From Oscillospiraceae bacterium (GTDB taxonomy: Bacteria > Bacillota > Clostridia > Oscillospirales > Acutalibacteraceae), in contig SVOP01000001.1 in NCBI GenBank assembly GCA_015066325.1, forward strand, positions 1,668 through 65,667: DNA of 64,000 nt, given 5' to 3'. Position numbers and translations under genes: made by a program. Numbering within the stretch: position 1 is the stretch's first letter; every line of letters starts with the position of its first letter. Positions 23,172-32,948 of the stretch are shown one piece after another. The notes beneath the pieces are model-generated. The model saw only the letters and a list, made by a program, of their open reading frames with translations, did no database searches and was not told the DNA's origin.

Positions 23172-26100
23172 ATGAAAAAACATTTGAAGCGTATATCAGT
23201 TTTATGCATTTGCGTAACATTGCTTATAGTCAGCCTCTTAACCCCTGTGGCAGCTGCCTCATCGGGAGTTTACGAGCTCACCTTTGACAATCTTTTTATT
23301 TTTGAGCAATGGGCAAATCATCCGAATTTAAAGGTTTATGCAGGTGATTCTTCCACAAGCAGCACATTAACCACTGATATTGAAAACGGTAGCTTTGTGC
23401 TTACTAACAATACTTCTGCAACAGAGGTTTTTACAACCTTTTCTATGAGTTCGGTAGGTGCGTTTTATTCAATGCCTGTTGAGGAGAATACAGAATATAT
23501 ATTTTCTTATGTTGCTAACGGAACAACAACCAATTTTGAGACCTTTGTGTTCTATTTTGATGAATCCGGACAATACACAACCCATGAAGCAAAGAACGCA
23601 TATCAATACGGCCTTAATGAATGGAGCTTTACAACACCTGAAAATACTGGTTATATTCAGGTAAGATTTGATAACAATTCTCCCAATTCTGATGTAACGG
23701 TTTCCGGTATAAGAATACGCTCCAAAGAGGTTTATGAATTTGCTAAGGATTCGGATTATCGTAAAACATTTACATATTCTGCAGGCGCCACATACGGAGC
23801 ACTTCCTGTTCCCGAAAGAGAAAATCTTGTTTTTGCAGGTTGGTTCACAGAATCTGACGGAACCGGTGAAAGAATTACTTCAAGCACCCCTGCTTCACCT
23901 GCAAGCAGATGTCTTTTTTCTAAATGGGACCCCATTGTAGCTGGTGATTTGAGCATTGTTTCGTTACCAATTAAACTGGAATATTGCGTTGGCGATAAAC
24001 TTGACACACGGGGGTTGGTTATCGGTGTTACATACCCTGACGGAATAAGCGAAAACATTGACGAAGGCTTTACTTGTTCACCTGAATATTTAACAACAGC
24101 AGGCACACAGACTGTTACAGTTACTTATGGTGGCAGTTCCGCAGAATTCGATGTAACCGTTAAAAATTCAGATAGCTATAATTTGTTGTTAAACAATGCA
24201 CAATACCCCGTAACAGTAGCAAAGAATACATATACCCTTAATTATAGCGGAACAGCCTTTAACCGCTATGTGATAAAATATTCCTCCGATGCTTATGTTA
24301 AAGGAGAGTTGAATTTTAACGGAACCATCGAAGAGTTTTTCTTGGAGCCGGCAGAAAACGGAGAGTTCTCAGGATATATTGACGGATTTCTTGTAGGAAC
24401 AACTCAAACTGCAATTACCAATATAACATTTAAGCCTCTTGATAAAGAGTTTATGGATTTCACATTTGATTCCTTAGCTTTAAGTAAGGAATCTGCACTT
24501 GGCGATGCTTCAGGTATGGTTTACCTTTCAAGCTCAGATTATAAAATCGGTATAGACTTGGATTGGGGTGGTGCTCTTACTTATCTTGAGGATTTATCAA
24601 ACGATGTTGTAGCGTCACAGAAAAGGAAGCTTATCGGAACAAATAATAATCCTGTGGAGGTTGGTTTATCCTCTGATTATGAGGATTCCACTTTCACAAA
24701 GTATAACAGAATATCCAATGTAAACTTAATCAATGCCCACGATACAGGCAGACTTGTTCAGCAGTCTTATTACGGAACCGGTTCTTATCCTTATGAGCCG
24801 GGTATGTATGGTGAAACTGTCTGGAATTATAACCCTGTTCAGGGCGGTAACCTTTATAACGAAGCAAGTAAAATTGTTGATATAAAAGTAACAGATAATC
24901 AAATTTATATTAAATGCCGTCCTCTTGACTGGGCAAAAGAAGCGAAGGATATAACCCCATCATATATGGAAGCCTGGTACACACTTGAAGACGGATTAAT
25001 GAGAGCAACCTGCAGATTTGTGGATTTTTCAGGCTATCCTGCAGTTACAACAACACAGGAGGTTCCTGCGTTTTACTGCGTTGAGCCTCTCAATAATTTC
25101 GTGTATTATGCGGGCGGTGAAGCTTGGACGGACAGCAACACAAAAGTGACCTTGCCGGATTTGGATTTCTGGGGAACGGCAACCGACCAGGATTACCAAT
25201 GTAATGAGAATTGGGCTGCATTTATCGGCGATGGTTCAAGCGGATACGGTATAGGCTTATACACTCCCGGTCAGACTCTTTATCACCCCGGTGTTTATCA
25301 GAGAGATACATTGAAATCTTTGGATGATGATAACAATCAACCGGCAGCAAATCACGATTCCACATCATACATCGGTGTTGTTGATACGCTTTATTTCCGG
25401 AGTTACAGCCCCATTTCCTATTGCTACTACATAACAACAGGTAATGTGGATACAATCCGCAGCAATTTCAAAACTCTTGCACAGACTGAAGAAGATATCT
25501 GCAATGCAACCAATACAAACGGGTTCTGTGATATGTGCGGTAAACCCGTTGCCCCCGAGCTTAATGAAAACAATGTTTATGAAATTTCAAATGCAGGCGA
25601 GCTTTATTGGTTCAAAGAGGCTGTAAACAACGGGAATGTTAATGCAAATGCAGTTTTGGTTTGCGATATTACAGATAACAGCGGTGTTCTTACAGAATAT
25701 GGTGTTTTGGCAAGTGATACATCCTCTTTCAGAAAATGGACACCTATAGGTTCTTCAACAAATAAATATAACGGTAATTTTGATGGTCAGGGCTATACAA
25801 TAAACGGACTTTATATGTATGATTCTGCACTCTCTTACGGTGGTCTTTTCGGATATACCGGTTCAAATGCAATAATAGAAGAGGTTGGTGTTGATTATTC
25901 GTATTTCAACGGCAATCAGTATATAGGCGGAATTTGCGGCAGAAACGAAGGTAAAATTAAAAATTGTTATTCATTCTATACAATGATTCAGGGAAATTCG
26001 TATGTAGGTGGTATAACAGGCTATAATTCCGGTACGCTTCAGAACTGCTATAATGCAGGTCTTGTAAACGCAATAAGCTATGTGGGCGGTGTTGCGGGTT

Positions 26101-26330
26101 ATAAAACCAGTACATCAAGCGTATCAAATTGCTACTATCTTGAAAATGCTGTAACAGACGGCTCGGGAACTGCCGATAATAATATCGGCTCACCAAAAGC
26201 TATTGAAGAATTTGCGAGCGGTGAAGTGGCATATTTGTTGCAGAGCGGAAACTCAGAGCAGCTCTGGGGACAAAAAACAACTGCAAAAGGTTCCGGTCCG
26301 ATATTCGATAAAGCGGTATTTTTAAGGTGA
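23172..26330 (+). CDS. Large secreted or surface protein (Listeria-Bacteroides repeat, Big_3-like Ig domain, central unknown domain, C-terminal GLUG repeats)
   Basis: Signal peptide MKKHLKRISVLCICVTLLIVSLLTPVAAA. Also YGALPVPERENLVFAGWFTESDGTGERI, LEYCVGDKLDTRGLVIGVTYPDG...TQTVTVTYGG, and repeated YVGG(I/V)(C/T/A)GY GLUG-type motifs. The track ORF begins at 23139, but the ATG at 23172 follows GGAGG. Confidence 0.7.
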   Translation: MKKHLKRISVLCICVTLLIVSLLTPVAAASSGVYELTFDNLFIFEQWANHPNLKVYAGDSSTSSTLTTDIENGSFVLTNNTSATEVFTTFSMSSVGAFYSMPVEENTEYIFSYVANGTTTNFETFVFYFDESGQYTTHEAKNAYQYGLNEWSFTTPENTGYIQVRFDNNSPNSDVTVSGIRIRSKEVYEFAKDSDYRKTFTYSAGATYGALPVPERENLVFAGWFTESDGTGERITSSTPASPASRCLFSKWDPIVAGDLSIVSLPIKLEYCVGDKLDTRGLVIGVTYPDGISENIDEGFTCSPEYLTTAGTQTVTVTYGGSSAEFDVTVKNSDSYNLLLNNAQYPVTVAKNTYTLNYSGTAFNRYVIKYSSDAYVKGELNFNGTIEEFFLEPAENGEFSGYIDGFLVGTTQTAITNITFKPLDKEFMDFTFDSLALSKESALGDASGMVYLSSSDYKIGIDLDWGGALTYLEDLSNDVVASQKRKLIGTNNNPVEVGLSSDYEDSTFTKYNRISNVNLINAHDTGRLVQQSYYGTGSYPYEPGMYGETVWNYNPVQGGNLYNEASKIVDIKVTDNQIYIKCRPLDWAKEAKDITPSYMEAWYTLEDGLMRATCRFVDFSGYPAVTTTQEVPAFYCVEPLNNFVYYAGGEAWTDSNTKVTLPDLDFWGTATDQDYQCNENWAAFIGDGSSGYGIGLYTPGQTLYHPGVYQRDTLKSLDDDNNQPAANHDSTSYIGVVDTLYFRSYSPISYCYYITTGNVDTIRSNFKTLAQTEEDICNATNTNGFCDMCGKPVAPELNENNVYEISNAGELYWFKEAVNNGNVNANAVLVCDITDNSGVLTEYGVLASDTSSFRKWTPIGSSTNKYNGNFDGQGYTINGLYMYDSALSYGGLFGYTGSNAIIEEVGVDYSYFNGNQYIGGICGRNEGKIKNCYSFYTMIQGNSYVGGITGYNSGTLQNCYNAGLVNAISYVGGVAGYKTSTSSVSNCYYLENAVTDGSGTADNNIGSPKAIEEFASGEVAYLLQSGNSEQLWGQKTTAKGSGPIFDKAVFLR

Positions 26331-27799
26331 ATGCTGTTACCAATGAAGATAATTATGTTTTGGTTGGTATCGGTGATATTGATGAGGATGATGATGTAGA
26401 TGTAATTGACTATCAGCAGCTTGTTAATAAATCCCTTTCAGGCAAGTCCTTTGAATATAAAGATTTGTTGAGTGCAGATATTGATTACGATGGTTATCTG
26501 GATGTTATAGATTGTTCACTTATGCAGCTGATAATAACCGGTCAATTTAATAAGGTTGATGTTTATTTGAAGGGCGATTTTGATTGCGACGGAATACCCT
26601 TTACACAGGAGGATATAAAGGCTATTAAGCACGGCCTTGTCAACCGGGATAAATTAAATACAAGGCAGAAATATGCATGCGATTTGAATTTTGATGGCGT
26701 TCTTGATATTAACGACAGAGATGTTTTAATCGAGCAAGGTGAAAATAATAAAAATCCATTCTTTACAAATATGGAGGAAGCAATCGGATTAAGAAGCGAA
26801 AAGGCAAATGTTATTATACTTTGCGGTCAATCCAATGCTTACGGTGCAAGTCCGTTAACGCAAGCGGTTCGTGATTCGGTTGGTAACACCGATTTCTCAA
26901 ATATTAAAATTAAATATAATAACATTAATACATACGACGGAACAAATTGGTCAACGCTTTTTTCCAACAACAGTTTTGAACAATTTCGTTTAGGTATAGG
27001 CGGTCAGGCTGATATGTGGTTCGGTCCTGAAGTGGGGCTTTCATATTACCTTGCAACAAATGAAGAAACCAAAAATGAAAAGTGGTATATTATCAAATAT
27101 ACCGCGGCGGGGACTTATCTTGGCGGTGACTGGTTGTATGACACCAGCGGAAAATATCTGAATCAGGCAAACAGCCAGAATATCTATAATTCTTTGGGTG
27201 GATATTTAGCGGATTTGATGATTCCTTATGTAAATACTGCTCTTGATGAAATTGTGAATATTCATGGTGCCGGTAATATTAACATCCGCTCATTTATGTG
27301 GATGCAGGGCGAAAGTGATTCTTTGGTTAAAGAATGGGCTGACCAATATGGCGATTTGCAGAATATTCTTGTAAACCGAGTTCGCACAGAGTTTGAACCA
27401 AGAGATACAGATTCTCAAATCGGTTTTGTTGATGGTGCTATCGCCGCATATAACAGCACAACCTTTGTTAATCCTCAAGCTAATAATGCAACTCAAACCT
27501 ATAACAGTTGGGTTTATTCTGATACTGTTAACACCAATAAATCCAATAATGCATCCCTTTGGTATGTGCCTGCGGTAACAAGCAGAAATGTTATAAATAA
27601 AACGAATGCAGGACTTTATACCAATGCGTCAACATCATCAAATAAGCTTTCTGACTCAATTTGGATTGATACATCTACCTGCAAATCCAAGTTAGAAAAC
27701 AATGTTGAAAACGGTGAATATGACGGCGCTCATTACTGCGGTGATTCTATGTTTAAAATAGGTCAATGGTTTGCCTACGGAATGATGCAGGTTTCGTAA
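26327..27799 (+). CDS. Tandem dockerin modules plus an SASA/DUF303-type carbohydrate (sialate-type) O-acetylesterase domain; no signal peptide of its own
   Basis: Four Ca-binding loops (DIDEDDDVDVID, DIDYDGYLDVID, DFDCDGIPFTQED, DLNFDGVLDIND), then ILCGQSNAYGAS (GQSN esterase motif). The GTG start overlaps the upstream stop (GTGA). Confidence 0.7.
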   Translation: MNAVTNEDNYVLVGIGDIDEDDDVDVIDYQQLVNKSLSGKSFEYKDLLSADIDYDGYLDVIDCSLMQLIITGQFNKVDVYLKGDFDCDGIPFTQEDIKAIKHGLVNRDKLNTRQKYACDLNFDGVLDINDRDVLIEQGENNKNPFFTNMEEAIGLRSEKANVIILCGQSNAYGASPLTQAVRDSVGNTDFSNIKIKYNNINTYDGTNWSTLFSNNSFEQFRLGIGGQADMWFGPEVGLSYYLATNEETKNEKWYIIKYTAAGTYLGGDWLYDTSGKYLNQANSQNIYNSLGGYLADLMIPYVNTALDEIVNIHGAGNINIRSFMWMQGESDSLVKEWADQYGDLQNILVNRVRTEFEPRDTDSQIGFVDGAIAAYNSTTFVNPQANNATQTYNSWVYSDTVNTNKSNNASLWYVPAVTSRNVINKTNAGLYTNASTSSNKLSDSIWIDTSTCKSKLENNVENGEYDGAHYCGDSMFKIGQWFAYGMMQVS

Positions 27800-27856
27800 C
27801 TTTTATGTAAAAAATAAATAATCGTCTGAAAACCAAAAATTTTCAGACGATTATTT

Positions 27857-29479
27857 TTATCTTTGTTCTAATTCTTTATTTATTCTTTCTCTTAAATCAA
27901 GCAACCATTGTTGTTCGTGAGGATAGGTTCGGAATGAGAGAGGAACATCTAAGCCCTGTTCAATAAGGCTTAAAACATATTTCCTCGATGTGAGGCTTTC
28001 CAAGAGCTTTAATGACCTTAAATCCTGGAAAGCGTCGTTAAAAACAAGGTGACGAAGAGAGTTAAGGGGCTTGCCGTCTTTGCCCGGATATACTACAAAG
28101 GCATCACCTGAGGGGAAAGCTCCGTCAGCATCTGTAACTTTATATGGGTCTATTGGGTATTTTGAATACTGTGAATACCAGAAATTGTGACCCCATTGTA
28201 AGAAGCCTTTTGCTTCATATTTATAAAGTAAAACGCCCAAAACTCTGTTTCTCTGTGAGGGTTGAGAGAACATTCTGTTAGGTAAGAAATTATGTACCTG
28301 GGTGCAACAATAATAAGTCCAGAAATTCTTAACCTCAGCTTTGAAAATATCAGCTTCGTCTTCACCGCAAACAGGGGTTTTTATAAGTCCGTTGCGGTAA
28401 TATTCGATGTCTGAAAGAGCATCAAAGGTGTTGAAACCGGGAAAAAGTCTGTGGAGTGTATCTGCGGCTTTTTTGTAGTCCTTAAACTGTTCTTGGTTTG
28501 GTTCATCAGAAACATGCAACCAACAACGCTCTTTAATTCCCAAGGCTTTAACCTCTTTGATAAAAGCCTTGGAAAATGCTTCAAGAAATTCTGTGTAGGG
28601 TTTTCCGCTTGCTGCAGTTTTCCAGCCAAAAATTTGCTTCTCTTTGCCGTTTACAGTTGCAATAATTTTAGGAGCATGCTTTGCACCCCATTGGGTAAAG
28701 AAATGAGAAATTTCAAAGGCTTCGATGCCACAGTCAAGGCAGAGCTTTATGTATCTTCTGAAGTTTTCGAAATCAAAGTAATATTTGTTGTTTTCTTTTG
28801 TAACCTTCACCAACTGAACTGTGGGGCGTTCACCGCCAACCGCAGTATCAAGGGGCGGTGTGAAAACGGGAGTCAAAAGCATATTAACGCCGTGCTCGGC
28901 AGCATTTCGGATATAGTTTTCAACAATTCTCCAATATTCTTCCGAGAAAACTTCAACACCATAATAGGTGCAAAGGCAGTCATTATGGAACCAGTTTGTG
29001 AAAAGAAGCTCTTGCTTTGGAAGCTCTTTATCAATAATGTTGAGAGTGAATGTTTTCTCAACAACTGTTTCACCTGCAGTTAAAGTAAGGGTTATTTTCT
29101 TTTTGCCTGTTACTGCTCTCTTTGGAGAATATTCTACCCAGATTGAATTCCACTCGCCTTTTTTTACAGCTATTTCATCCTTAATGGGCATAAGTAAATC
29201 GGGAAAGCTTTTTCTTTCAAGGTCATAATGGAAAGAATCTGAATTATCGTATCCGGTTTTGCCCGCGGGAATATCCTTAACATAATATAGCTTTAAATCT
29301 TCTGCCAACGGAGATTTAACCGAAATAGAAATTTTGTTTTCATTTTTATTTTCAGATAAAAACGCAAGCTGAAAAGAGAATTTTTCATTTTTTAAGCAGG
29401 AAAAAGCTTCTAATTCTTTAAAGTTAGGTTCTTTTTCCTTGAATATTTTGGTAAGAGAAGAAAGCAATAATGTTTTCAT
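27857..29479 (-). CDS. DUF4091 domain protein (glycoside-hydrolase-like)
   Basis: FTNWFHNDCLCTYYGVEVFSEEYWRIVENYIRNAAEHGVNMLLTPVFTPPLDTAVGGERPTVQLV matches my recollection of the DUF4091 family core. Confidence 0.55.
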   Translation of the reverse strand: MKTLLLSSLTKIFKEKEPNFKELEAFSCLKNEKFSFQLAFLSENKNENKISISVKSPLAEDLKLYYVKDIPAGKTGYDNSDSFHYDLERKSFPDLLMPIKDEIAVKKGEWNSIWVEYSPKRAVTGKKKITLTLTAGETVVEKTFTLNIIDKELPKQELLFTNWFHNDCLCTYYGVEVFSEEYWRIVENYIRNAAEHGVNMLLTPVFTPPLDTAVGGERPTVQLVKVTKENNKYYFDFENFRRYIKLCLDCGIEAFEISHFFTQWGAKHAPKIIATVNGKEKQIFGWKTAASGKPYTEFLEAFSKAFIKEVKALGIKERCWLHVSDEPNQEQFKDYKKAADTLHRLFPGFNTFDALSDIEYYRNGLIKTPVCGEDEADIFKAEVKNFWTYYCCTQVHNFLPNRMFSQPSQRNRVLGVLLYKYEAKGFLQWGHNFWYSQYSKYPIDPYKVTDADGAFPSGDAFVVYPGKDGKPLNSLRHLVFNDAFQDLRSLKLLESLTSRKYVLSLIEQGLDVPLSFRTYPHEQQWLLDLRERINKELEQR

Positions 29480-29669
29480 AAATCAAACCTCTTTCTGTGA
29501 TGGTTTTATTTAATTATAGTTGTAAATATATTAAGTGTCAAGAAAATTGAATGTGTATAAATACAGCAGAAAAACCAATAATTTTTTTGTTAATAGATTT
29601 TTGAAAGGTTTACAAATTTCAGAATGTGTGGTATCATAATTCAGTTATGAAAATTTTGGAAAGGAGGTA

Positions 29670-31064
29670 TTGCAGTTGGAGCATAAATTGGTCAGCTTTG
29701 CAGCAAATGCAGCGTTATCAAGAATATTAAGATATATTGACAAAGCCCCAGAAGAAAATCTTTTGAAGATTTTGAAGGTTGCAGAAAAATATTTTACAAT
29801 GTATCCCAAGGAAAACTACGAAAAAATGCGTAGGGCGGTTGGTGATAAAGATAATGTTTATATGCAGCTTGCCAAGAATATTCTTAATGATGTTGACCGT
29901 GATTTAGTAAAATCCTTACTCATTTCTTTGGGTATTCACGCAGGTTATTTCGGAACAAAAACCGTTCGTGCAAAGCGTGATAAATATAATTGCAATATTC
30001 CTTTCATTATTCTTTTTGACCCAACAAGTGCTTGTAACCTTAAGTGTAAGGGCTGTTGGGCAGCGGAATATGGTCACAGCTTTCAGCTTTCGCTTGATGA
30101 TATGAGAAGCATTGTGAACCAGGGTAAGGATTTGGGAACTCATTTTTATATGCTCACAGGGGGCGAACCACTTATCAGAAAAGATGATATAATTACCCTC
30201 GCTTCTGAAAATCCTGAGTGCACATTCCTTATTTACACCAATGCAACGCTCGTTGATAAAAAGCTTTGTGACGATATTAAGCGGTGCGGAAATATCACAC
30301 TTGCTCTTTCCATTGAGGGTGATGAGTGCAGTAACGATGACCGAAGAGGTCAGGGTGCTTATGAGAAGACCGTTGAGGCTATGGAGCTTCTTAAAAAGGA
30401 GAAAATTCTTTTCGGTATTTCCGTTTGTTACACAAGCAAAAATGTTAATGATGTAACAAGTGATGAATTTCTTGATAAAATGGTTGATTTGGGAGTTAAA
30501 TACGCTTTCTATTTCAACTTTATGCCTGTTGGTCATGGGGCGGACAAGGATTTAATTCCTACTCCCACACAGCGAAAATATATGTATTTCTGGATGAAGA
30601 AAATGCGTAACGGACATACAGGGAAGCCCTTGTTTGTTATGGATTTCCAGGACGATGGCGAATATGTTGGCGGTTGTATTGCAGGTGGCAGAAACTACTT
30701 CCACATTAACTCAAAGGGTGATATGGAGCCTTGTGTTTTCATTCATTACTCAGATTCCAATATTAAAACAGATACCCTCCTTGAAGCACTTCAAAAACCG
30801 CTTTTTATGGCATACAGAAAAGGACAGCCCTTTAATGACAACCATCTTATGCCCTGTCCCATGCTTGAAAATCCCGATATTTTAAGAAAGATTATAAATG
30901 ATACGGGTGCCCGAAGCACAGATTTTGTTTCTCAGGAAACAGTTGAAGAGCTTTGCTCAAAATGTGATGATTTCAGCAAAGCCTGGAGGCCTGTTGCAAC
31001 TGAAATCTGGGAGAATAACCCCCATCCCAAAACTCACACACAATATTACAGAGACCACAAATAA
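29670..31064 (+). CDS. Radical SAM protein with a C-terminal auxiliary-cluster-like region
   Basis: CNLKCKGCWA is the CX3CX2C cluster. Also GGEPLIR, and later GGCIAGG...GDMEPCVF...MPCP. The likely start is TTG at 29676, 8 nt after AAGGAGG. Confidence 0.8.
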   Translation: MQLEHKLVSFAANAALSRILRYIDKAPEENLLKILKVAEKYFTMYPKENYEKMRRAVGDKDNVYMQLAKNILNDVDRDLVKSLLISLGIHAGYFGTKTVRAKRDKYNCNIPFIILFDPTSACNLKCKGCWAAEYGHSFQLSLDDMRSIVNQGKDLGTHFYMLTGGEPLIRKDDIITLASENPECTFLIYTNATLVDKKLCDDIKRCGNITLALSIEGDECSNDDRRGQGAYEKTVEAMELLKKEKILFGISVCYTSKNVNDVTSDEFLDKMVDLGVKYAFYFNFMPVGHGADKDLIPTPTQRKYMYFWMKKMRNGHTGKPLFVMDFQDDGEYVGGCIAGGRNYFHINSKGDMEPCVFIHYSDSNIKTDTLLEALQKPLFMAYRKGQPFNDNHLMPCPMLENPDILRKIINDTGARSTDFVSQETVEELCSKCDDFSKAWRPVATEIWENNPHPKTHTQYYRDHK

Positions 31065-31118
31065 AAAACGACTTGCGTTTGGCAAGTCGTTTTTAAGTGT
31101 ATAGGGGAATTCCTGTAT

Positions 31119-31838
31119 TTAAAATAAGCCACCATTATATTTATATTGATGCTTAAACAGCAGTGCCACGCATATTATATACCCTATAATTAAAAAGGAA
31201 GTACCCAACACCTCAAGAAAATGAATTGCAGGAAATAAAGATGTTAAACTGCAAATAAAGGTCGGTATGCTCATAAGCATAATTCCCTTGCCCATAGCCC
31301 TGCAGTAGCCTTCTCTGTCAACAACATTTCTGTAATGGTAGGAATGCAAAAGTGAAATATGACCTTTTCTGACGGTAAAGCCGGAAGCGAGCAGAAGAAT
31401 TGCTACTGTCAATAAGCCGATAAATTCAGTCGTGTTTTCAAATGATATGTTTGATAATATTGCATCTGCAAGATAAATGAATGTGGGAATTGCAGTAGGT
31501 ATAAGAAGAACGGAAAAAATAATTATACATATTGCCATTTGCAGCTTTTTCTTTTTTACAGAAATTTCTTTTTCCTTAATAGCTTGTATAACATTTTTTT
31601 CTGCAATTTCATTGATTTTTTCTTCTTCAAGCCTTTTTCCTGCTAAAAGCTCATTAACGCTTACCAGGAAAAAATTACTTAATGCCAAAAGAGAGTTAAC
31701 ATCAGGAAAGCCTTTTCCTGTTTCCCAACGTGACACGGCTTTATCTGAAACATTTATTTTTTTTGCTAATTCCTTTTGAGTAAGATTTTTTTCTTTTCTT
31801 AATTCGCAAATAAATTTACCGCAGTCTTTTGATGACAT
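31119..31838 (-). CDS. Membrane-anchored XRE-family HTH regulator
   Basis: LRKEKNLTQKELAKKINVSDKAVSRWETGKGFPDVNSLLALSNFF is the HTH, followed by about 4 TM helices. Confidence 0.75.
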   Translation of the reverse strand: MSSKDCGKFICELRKEKNLTQKELAKKINVSDKAVSRWETGKGFPDVNSLLALSNFFLVSVNELLAGKRLEEEKINEIAEKNVIQAIKEKEISVKKKKLQMAICIIIFSVLLIPTAIPTFIYLADAILSNISFENTTEFIGLLTVAILLLASGFTVRKGHISLLHSYHYRNVVDREGYCRAMGKGIMLMSIPTFICSLTSLFPAIHFLEVLGTSFLIIGYIICVALLFKHQYKYNGGLF

Positions 31839-31916
31839 AATATCACCGCCTTGAATAAATTATACTTAAATCTATATAAAATCGTCAACCTATGAATCAT
31901 AGAGTTTGGAATAAAT

Positions 31917-31944
31917 GCGGAATGCGGAGTGCGGAATTCGGAAT
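31917..31944. repeat. Four tandem heptamers: GCGGAAT GCGGAGT GCGGAAT TCGGAAT
   Basis: Read directly. It lies about 80-105 nt upstream of the minus-strand XRE-TM gene start. Confidence 0.7.
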
Positions 31945-32198
31945 TAAGCTTCGCAAAACGGTAAAAATAGTATAATTTTTATCATCCCTGTTCGCCTTTG
32001 CGAATAGGGAGGGGGAGCATTCTTGGATAGGTGAATTAATGTATAAAATATATTTCGGGTGGAAATTATTTGTTAACACATATTCGGGCGGAATGGTGGT
32101 GGATTGCCCACTCTATACATTGTTGATGAGGTTTTTTGTTTCAAAACGATTGCATTTTAAAAATTCACGATTTATAATTAGAGTATCAAAAATAACAG

Positions 32199-32699
32199 GT
32201 GAAAAACAAAATGGAAAACAAATTCGAAACAATAACACAATACGCCAAAATATATTCTGACCCGCCCGAGAGAATCCGAGAGGGTTGCAGGGCAATAATA
32301 GTTAAAGATAACAAGGTTCTTTTATCCTGGGAAGAAAGAAAAGATGTTTATATGAGCCCCGGTGGGGGAGTTGAAGATAACGAAAGCCGTGAAGAATGTG
32401 TTATAAGAGAGCTTCAGGAGGAAACAGGCTTTAAGGTTAAACCCATAAAGCCATTTGTTAAAGTTAATGAGTATTGCTATGAAACCCTATGGATAAATAA
32501 TTATTTTATTTGCCAAATCGAAGGCGAGTGCGAAAGGCACTTAACTGAAAGCGAGCTTTATAACAGAGTCAAACCTGTTTGGATTGAAATAGATAAGGCT
32601 ATTGAAATTTTCGGTGAATATGACAGCAAAACTGTTGACCATGCAAGCTTGTATTTGAGAGAATATACGGTTCTTAATAAATTAAAAGACCTTTGTTGA
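32199..32699 (+). CDS. NUDIX hydrolase
   Basis: Nudix box GGGVEDNESREECVIRELQEETG. Confidence 0.85.
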   Translation: MKNKMENKFETITQYAKIYSDPPERIREGCRAIIVKDNKVLLSWEERKDVYMSPGGGVEDNESREECVIRELQEETGFKVKPIKPFVKVNEYCYETLWINNYFICQIEGECERHLTESELYNRVKPVWIEIDKAIEIFGEYDSKTVDHASLYLREYTVLNKLKDLC

Positions 32700-32724
32700 C
32701 ACCGAAAAATATATATGCTAAAAT
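32696..32724 (+). promoter_or_regulatory. Sigma-70-type promoter for tRNA-Leu
   Basis: TTGACA (32696-32701), a 17-nt spacer, then TAAAAT (32719-32724). Confidence 0.55.
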
Positions 32725-32814
32725 ACAACTTACGTAAAAAGTTAGTAATAATGCAGAAAACGAAATTGAAACTTTCACCTCTTCACTATTCACTCTTACT
32801 TCTTAACTAAATAT

Positions 32815-32901
32815 GCGGGGATGGCGGAACTGGCAGACGCGTATGATTCAGGTTCATATGGACGTAAGTTCTTGAGGGTTCAAGTCCCTTTTCCCGCACC
32901 A
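32815..32901 (+). tRNA. tRNA-Leu (anticodon CAG), class II with a long variable arm; CCA encoded
   Basis: Hand-folded. Acceptor GCGGGGA/TTCCCGC. Anticodon stem TATGA/TCATA with loop TTCAGGT. Variable stem GGAC/GTTC. T-arm GAGGG-TTCAAGT-CCCTT. Discriminator A plus CCA. Confidence 0.9.
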
Positions 32902-32906
32902 TATTT

Positions 32907-32948
32907 GAGTATTCATAAAGGATTTGTCCTGTGAATACTCATTTTTTT
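32907..32948 (+). terminator. Rho-independent terminator after tRNA-Leu
   Basis: GAGTATTCA (32907-32915) / TGAATACTC (32932-32940), followed by TTTTTTT. Confidence 0.65.

Noticed and set aside
22850-23209. The 119-aa minus-strand ORF ending in ...TGTSTSTGAGASTATETATLT
   Set aside because: It is the antisense shadow of the Gly/Cys-Ala repeat region of the 21929-22981 gene. It runs across an intergenic region and has no start context.
28451-30536. The large antisense ORFs 28451..29083 (+, 210 aa) and 29916..30536 (-, 206 aa)
   Set aside because: Both lie fully inside, and opposite to, well-supported genes (the DUF4091 protein and the radical SAM protein). They have low-complexity translations and no motifs.
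29670-31064. Assigning a specific function (such as a lipid-modifying or RiPP maturase) to the second radical SAM protein
   Set aside because: There is no adjacent precursor peptide or pathway partner. I can support only the generic radical-SAM call from the CX3CX2C motif and a Cys-rich C-terminal region.
31917-31944. GGAAT-containing tandem repeats considered as eukaryotic satellite contamination
   Set aside because: There are only four 7-nt units, embedded in continuous bacterial intergenic sequence between two well-formed bacterial genes.
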